DNA from: a bacterium
GTDB taxonomy: Bacteria; SZUA-182; DTGQ01; JAFGSM01
NCBI GenBank assembly: GCA_049472315.1
Contig: JBLIRN010000005.1
Coordinates: forward strand, 1 to 64,000
Direction of reading: 5' to 3'
Length of the DNA stretch: 64,000 nt
This document shows, in pieces, positions 58,338-64,000 of this stretch (position 1 is the first letter of the stretch; each line of letters starts with the position of its first letter). The notes under the pieces are model-generated. The model made no database searches, was not told the DNA's origin, and saw only the letters and a program-made list of their open reading frames with translations. The position numbers were made by a program, and so were the translations under genes.

Positions 58338-59714
58338 TCAGGAAAACCCGTATTTCTTGAGTTTGTAGCGAAGGGACGAGTAGGGTATGCCCAGGATGAG
58401 TGATGCCCTGCGGCGGTTCCATTTGGCCTGTTCCAGGGCGTCCAGGATCCGTGCCCGCTCCTTTTCCTCCTCGGTGGGGGCGGAGCAAGAGGGTGCGGAT
58501 GCCGAGGCCGAGGTTCCCGGCAGATTGAGATGCACGGTTTCGATGAGACCTCGCCTGCAGAGAATCGCCGCCCTCTCCACAATGTTTCGAAGCTCCCTGG
58601 CATTGCCGGGATAGTCATAGCCCAGGAGCATCTCGTGGGCGTCCTTTGAGAAGCCTTCAATCTGCAGCCCGCGCCCTATCATGTACGTAGACAGGAAGTG
58701 CTCCGCAAGGGGGATGATATCCGATCGTCGCTCCCTGAGGGGCAGCAGGTTGATGGCAAACACATTCAGCCGATAAAAGAGGTCCTTGCGGAATTTCCCG
58801 GAATGCACCAGGGGTTCCAAGGTGGCATTGGTGGCTGCGATCACCCTGATGGATACATCGACCTCCTTCGCCCCCCCCACGCGACGCAACTTGCGCGTTT
58901 CGAGCACCCTCAGGAGCTTTGCCTGAGCAGAGGGCGAGAGATCGGCGATCTCGTCCAGAAAGAGGGTGCCCCCGTCCGCCAGCTCGAAATAGCCCGCCTT
59001 GTCGAGGGTGGCACCGGTGAATGCCCCCTTTACATGGCCGAACAACTCGCTCTCCACGAGGGTGTCGGGTATGGCAGGACAGCTCGCGGCGATGAACGGA
59101 CGTTCTTCCTCTCCACCCATGAAGTGGATCTCCCGTGCAACGATCTCCTTACCGGTGCCGGTCTCTCCCGTAATGAGGATCGTCTCGCATTTGGCATCCA
59201 CCGCCATTTTGATCTGCCTGCGTACCTCGTTGGTCGCCCTGCTGTTTCCTACCAGACGCCGGTTCTTGAGACGGATCTCCTCGGCTGACTGGATACCCCT
59301 GATGGTTTCCCTCAAATGGCGCTGCCCCTGGCGCAGGGAGCGGATGCGGATGGATTTCTCGAGCACGGCATCCAGCTCGAGCAGCTTGATGGGCTTGGTC
59401 AGAAAGTCGGCCGCGCCCTGCCGTAATGCCTGGATCACCATCTCCATGTTGCCGTGGCCGGTGATGATGACCGAGGACAACTCAGGCCGCATTTCCGCTA
59501 TCTGAGAGAGAACGGACAGGCCGTCCATCCCGGGCATTCTCACATCGATCAGGGCAAGGTCGTAATCATACGCCTCAACGAGCTTCAGTGCCTTCCCCCC
59601 GTCCTTGGCGCTTTCAACCTGGTGCCCGGAATCCTGGAGGTAGGGACCGAGCGTTTGATGGACGATTTCCTCATCGTCGACGAGGAGGATGCGCAATGAT
59701 TGTTCGTTTTCCAT
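58338..59714 (-). CDS. Sigma54-dependent (NtrC-family) response regulator
   Basis: REC, GETGTGKE, GAFTGA, YPGNAREL and HTH. Confidence 0.95.
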   Translation of the reverse strand: MENEQSLRILLVDDEEIVHQTLGPYLQDSGHQVESAKDGGKALKLVEAYDYDLALIDVRMPGMDGLSVLSQIAEMRPELSSVIITGHGNMEMVIQALRQGAADFLTKPIKLLELDAVLEKSIRIRSLRQGQRHLRETIRGIQSAEEIRLKNRRLVGNSRATNEVRRQIKMAVDAKCETILITGETGTGKEIVAREIHFMGGEEERPFIAASCPAIPDTLVESELFGHVKGAFTGATLDKAGYFELADGGTLFLDEIADLSPSAQAKLLRVLETRKLRRVGGAKEVDVSIRVIAATNATLEPLVHSGKFRKDLFYRLNVFAINLLPLRERRSDIIPLAEHFLSTYMIGRGLQIEGFSKDAHEMLLGYDYPGNARELRNIVERAAILCRRGLIETVHLNLPGTSASASAPSCSAPTEEEKERARILDALEQAKWNRRRASLILGIPYSSLRYKLKKYGFS

Positions 59715-59718
59715 GCCC

Positions 59719-62040
59719 TTATCCCTCTTTGTATCCGTTCATCGGCAGGTTTATCGCAACCGTGGTGCCGGTGCCCGGGGTCGATTCGATGGTTATGCTC
59801 CCCTTGAAGCTTTCGACAATGGACTTGGATATGGAGAGCCCCAATCCGGTGCCTTTGTCAGGATCCTTGGTGGTGAAGAAGGGATCGAACACCTTCGGCA
59901 GCAGATCAGCGGATATCCCCTCTCCCTTATCGATGACGTCGATCGCTACTGAATGCCTTTCGCCGTTTCTCTTCACGCAGGTTCGCACAACGATGTGCGG
60001 AGGGGAGTCCATGCGATCGGACGCGATCTTTTCCTCGAAGGCATCCCGTGCATTGTTGATGAGATTCAGGATCACCTCCTCGAGTGAGAAGGGATTCGCC
60101 AGAACATCGGGGAGGTTGTCGGCGAGATCACAATCCAGGACGAGCCCACGATATCGCAGTTGGGCCCCGATCAGGTCCATGCTGGAACGTATCACCTCGT
60201 TGACCTGCACCGGAATGAACTCCGAATTGTCCGCACCCCTGGCAAAGGTGCGGGCGTGTTCAATCACGTGGGTCATCCGCTCGGTTTGGTCGATGATCAG
60301 TTGGATCTTCTCCAGAATGACCTCCTGTGAGAAGTTCCATCCCCGTTCGAGCCCGATGAGGATATGCTCTGCCAGACCGCGGATGCCCAGAAGGGGCTGG
60401 TTCAATTCATGGGCCATCCCGGTCGCCATTTCGCCAAGGGATCGCAGGCGGTCGGAGAGGATCGCCCGGGCCCGCTGTTCCTCCAACTGCCGTTCGGCCT
60501 CCTTTCTGGCCTGCTCCATACGGATGCGCTCGGTGATATCGATGCCCAGCTCGAGGACCATGGGGGAGCCGTCGATGTCGATGAAGAGCGTGTCATGGAT
60601 CTCATAGGTCCTGCCGTCCAATGCCACCCACTCCCGCTTGAGGGTTTTCTTTTTTTCAAACACCCGGGATATCTTGCACCTTTCGCAGGGTTTCTCATAC
60701 CCGTGAAGCATCTCGTAGCATTTCTTTCCCCGCGGGTCACCGAAGACCTTGCGGAACGTTCGATTGGCGAAGGGGATCGTGTCATCGGATGCACGAAGGT
60801 ATACCAGGGCCGGAAGCACGTCCAGCACCGAAAAGAGCCTCTGCCTGTCCGCCTTCGCGATCTCGCTTTGCCGTAATGCCTCTTCGGCCCGCTTGCGTTC
60901 GGTGATGTCACGGAATGACTCGATAACGCCGATGATCTCCCCCCTCTTCTTGAGCGGGGTGGCGATGAGTTCCACAGGTATCTTCCGGCCGTCCTTGGTG
61001 ACCTTCACGGTCTCGACCTCTACCCATTCCTCCCCCCTCATGATTCGCCGGAGGGTGCACTTGTCCGTGTGGCACAGCTCACCGTGGAAGTGCTCATAAC
61101 ATTTGGCCTCGGTATTCGCCCTGGCTGAGACGCCGGTGAACTTCTCCATCTGCCGGTTGATCTGGAGCATGTTGAAATCCTTGTCGATCACGCAAATGCC
61201 GTCACCGGACCCGTGCAGGATACTCGATATCCGTTCCTGGCTATCGGCGAGCTCCGCGACCATCTCGTTGAACGAACCGGCAAGCTCGGCAATCTCGTCA
61301 TTGGTCTCTATCGCCGCCCTGACACTCAGGTCCCCTGCCTTTATCCTGCGAGTGGTCTGAATCAGTTTAAAAACAGGACGGGTGATGCTCTCGATGAGAA
61401 AGTAGCTCAGCAGGATACCGGCCAACACGGCAATGGAGCCGAAGATGGTGAGGAGGGCCAGGACGTGGACATGGATGGTATTGATACGAAGCATGGCCTT
61501 GTCCGACAACTCCGTCAATACCTCCCCCTCCTTCTTCAGGTCCTCCTCGAGCCCCCTGGTAAAGGCATCCATCACCTCCATGTATGAGCCTACCAGCGGG
61601 TTTTCCCGCGGGGTTTCAAGGTTGAAGACGTTCAGGACCTTGGCCTTGAATACGGGAAGCTTCTGCTCGATGACCAAGAGGTGGTTCTCGGCCTTGTTCA
61701 TGACCTCTTCGAATTCCTTGCCGTACTTTTTTTCCTGATCGACGATCAGCACCTTGAGCCGGTTTTTCTTGATGAGTATATTTTCGTAATCCTTCAGGAA
61801 CCGGTCCCTCTCCTCCAGATCCCCCTTGATGAGGTAATCGTGGGGACCCATGAGGGTCTGTTCGAACAGGATCCTCAACTCGTCGAAGCTGTCATGGATC
61901 TTAACGGCGATCGCCGCCTGGTCCTTAGAGATTTGCACCTGATGCAGCCCCCATATACCGGTGATCAGGCACCCGATTATGAGGGACATCAGTGCGGAGG
62001 CGAAGAATATGATTTTTTTCTTCAGCGTGACGTTAATCAT
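59719..62040 (-). CDS. Membrane HAMP-PAS-PAS histidine kinase
   Basis: 2 TM helices, HAMP, two PAS domains, AHELNQP and GTGLGL. Confidence 0.95.
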   Translation of the reverse strand: MINVTLKKKIIFFASALMSLIIGCLITGIWGLHQVQISKDQAAIAVKIHDSFDELRILFEQTLMGPHDYLIKGDLEERDRFLKDYENILIKKNRLKVLIVDQEKKYGKEFEEVMNKAENHLLVIEQKLPVFKAKVLNVFNLETPRENPLVGSYMEVMDAFTRGLEEDLKKEGEVLTELSDKAMLRINTIHVHVLALLTIFGSIAVLAGILLSYFLIESITRPVFKLIQTTRRIKAGDLSVRAAIETNDEIAELAGSFNEMVAELADSQERISSILHGSGDGICVIDKDFNMLQINRQMEKFTGVSARANTEAKCYEHFHGELCHTDKCTLRRIMRGEEWVEVETVKVTKDGRKIPVELIATPLKKRGEIIGVIESFRDITERKRAEEALRQSEIAKADRQRLFSVLDVLPALVYLRASDDTIPFANRTFRKVFGDPRGKKCYEMLHGYEKPCERCKISRVFEKKKTLKREWVALDGRTYEIHDTLFIDIDGSPMVLELGIDITERIRMEQARKEAERQLEEQRARAILSDRLRSLGEMATGMAHELNQPLLGIRGLAEHILIGLERGWNFSQEVILEKIQLIIDQTERMTHVIEHARTFARGADNSEFIPVQVNEVIRSSMDLIGAQLRYRGLVLDCDLADNLPDVLANPFSLEEVILNLINNARDAFEEKIASDRMDSPPHIVVRTCVKRNGERHSVAIDVIDKGEGISADLLPKVFDPFFTTKDPDKGTGLGLSISKSIVESFKGSITIESTPGTGTTVAINLPMNGYKEG

Positions 62041-62582
62041 GGTCGTACACCTTCTTTATCTGCATGGCCTTACTCCATTTCATAGGAGTGATCATGCACG
62101 TTGTCGGAGCCTTGAGTGTGGTGCCCCTTTCCAATGTCCTTTGATGAAGCATATTACATGCCCAACCAAGGGACGATGGAGGGTACGGGCGAAAGGTAAT
62201 GCTCGACATACTGCCTTCGTTGTGACCGAAATATTATGGCGGTTATTGACCAAAATGCATTGAGTAGTTGTGGAGCAATTATAATATCATTATATAAAAT
62301 ACAATATATTTCATACAATTTCAATCTCAATGCCGGTAATCCCCATTTTGACATTGTATCTTAGCGCGCGAACATCTCTGTCCATGCCCATAATAATGGT
62401 TCACATGGGATTGCCGCCCCGACCCCTCCATTCTTTCAAATCACCCCACGCTGTTGTATACTACGATTGCAGCAACGGCATTCGCATTGACGCATTAATC
62501 ATAATTTCTTGATGTACTGTAGGGCATTGTAACAATATTAAGCGATTACCATTAATCACCTCTGAGAGCACGCAGGACATCT

Positions 62583-62972
62583 ATGAGAGAATTACTCAAT
62601 TTCGCCTCCTTTTTGCCCACGGCACTCTTTTTCACGCTGTGGATTGCATTTCCCGTGTGGCTGGCAATGAGGCGTTCCCAGGGACTCATCGGGTTTGAGC
62701 GGCTGAACTCCGAAGGGGAGCGGAGATCCATAGGGATGTACCTGGAGCTGGGGATCTTTCTCTTTGCGATACCCTTCACCACCTTTTTCTTCCTGGTGGT
62801 CATCAACCTTCTTCTTATGCCCTTTATCCCGGAGGTGGGGGTCAGGTTCCAGAAATCCCTTGATGCCGCCTTCATGGTCATCGCCATTCTCTTATTCGTT
62901 TACATCTATCTGGCCGAGAGGAGGATCTACCTCAGGGAACTGAAGCGGCGGGAGGGGGGCGAAGACACCTGA
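62583..62972 (+). CDS. 3-TM hypothetical membrane protein
   Basis: Three hydrophobic helices and RBS CAGGA. Confidence 0.7.
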   Translation: MRELLNFASFLPTALFFTLWIAFPVWLAMRRSQGLIGFERLNSEGERRSIGMYLELGIFLFAIPFTTFFFLVVINLLLMPFIPEVGVRFQKSLDAAFMVIAILLFVYIYLAERRIYLRELKRREGGEDT

Positions 62973-63120
62973 ACCAAGCATGCAGATACAGCGATTCGAA
63001 GGCGTGAGACACGAGGGCGGCGATTCGGGTTTTGACACTGCGCTGTCGCGAGCAGGCACGTCCGGTCGCGCTCTTGGCCTGAAGGCCCAGAATAGGAATT
63101 GCCGCCGGCAGGGATCACCC

Positions 63121-64000
63121 TCACTCTGCGTCCCAATACTCCTCGTCCGATAGGATCTGGCCGATGCCCTGACCGAGGTATGCCCGCTCTCCCCTATGAA
63201 TCGTGATGACGGCCAATTCCCCGGACACCGGCGCATTGATCACCAGTTCTCCCTTTTCGGTTTCCAGACGCACGAGGGGCGTCCCCTCCTGCACCTTGTC
63301 CCCCTTTCGGGAGAGCCACTCGATGATTTTGACCTCATCCCTGTCATCCATTTCGGGGTAGAGCAGAGGGATGAATATGGTCCCCGTTGCCCTGGCCAGT
63401 TCCTCCTCGGTGGGCGCCTTCGAGGTCACCGTGGCGAGAATGGTGGCAATGCTCGTGGATTGTCCGGAGAGTGCCGGGGTAGTGTAGGTGCATTCCGCCC
63501 ATCCATTGAAATCGGTCGCCTGGGTAAGGGCGGAGAGGTCACCCCGGTCCCTCTGGAGGATGGAGAATGCGACCATGGCCTGCTGCACGGCATTCCGGTT
63601 GATGTCCGCCACCCAGACCCGTATTTCGGACTGGTTGTATCCGTCGGCCACCAGGCGGGCGGGTTCCGCGGCAAGCTCCATGATGGCGGGTGCATCGCTC
63701 ATGAGCGCAATGCGCACCTGTCCGGAGAGCCCGCCGAACGGATACTCGGCGTCGGAGACGGCGGTGATGAAGACCGTTCCCCGGATTGTCCCGGCCGTAT
63801 AGCGGATTGATGCCTGACCGAGGCTGTCCGTTGAGGCCTGGGTTGAGGAGAATCCTCCGTTATTCCCCTCCATGAAGAAACTTACCCTGACGCCGGACTG
63901 TGAAACCGGCTGGTTGTCCCTGTCTGCAAGCTGCGCGGTGATCCAGGAGGTGCTCACCCCGTCGGCGGTGAGCCGGTCGGGTTCGGCGGTGAGGATCAGC
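63121..64000 (-). CDS. Invasin/Big_1 Ig-like repeat protein with C-terminal lipoyl/biotinyl-like domain (5' end outside the window)
   Basis: The frame stays open to the window edge (LILTAEPDRLTADGVSTS). Repeated xAEPxRLxADG...TDxxGxA units; EWLSRKGDKVQEGTPLVRLETEKG...APVSG. Confidence 0.85.
   Translation of the reverse strand, partial: LILTAEPDRLTADGVSTSWITAQLADRDNQPVSQSGVRVSFFMEGNNGGFSSTQASTDSLGQASIRYTAGTIRGTVFITAVSDAEYPFGGLSGQVRIALMSDAPAIMELAAEPARLVADGYNQSEIRVWVADINRNAVQQAMVAFSILQRDRGDLSALTQATDFNGWAECTYTTPALSGQSTSIATILATVTSKAPTEEELARATGTIFIPLLYPEMDDRDEVKIIEWLSRKGDKVQEGTPLVRLETEKGELVINAPVSGELAVITIHRGERAYLGQGIGQILSDEEYWDAE

Overview
A 64-kb chromosomal segment of a moderately GC-rich, probably anaerobic Gram-negative bacterium. 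The gene content is Desulfobacterota/deltaproteobacteria-like, but that assignment is inference only. The backbone carries mfd, ugd, copA/copZ, dgkA, an RRM protein, methyltransferases, a SPOR-NlpC/P60 lipoprotein and many two-component and sigma54 regulators. Four accessory elements stand out. (1) A visibly AT-richer defence-like island at about 23.7-33.3 kb contains a TIR protein, a two-TM Macro-domain (Thoeris ThsA type II-like) gene coupled to a small HYD1-type ADP-ribosyltransferase, a NurA-HerA-DNA methyltransferase operon, toxin-antitoxin genes and remnants, attC-like sites and duplicated leaders. No integrase is seen in the window. (2) A geopeptide-type RiPP cluster has an unannotated 34-aa CC precursor, a radical SAM/SPASM maturase, a TonB receptor, a sensor kinase and a half-size MFS protein. 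(3) A bacterial homologue of plant/algal alpha-glucan water dikinase (GWD1/R1) lies at 44.7-47.4 kb. (4) A HipA-like kinase plus HIRAN pair sits between a sigma54 two-component system and a sigma54 promoter. All family calls come from motifs read by eye; no searches were run. No rRNA, tRNA or CRISPR array was recognised.
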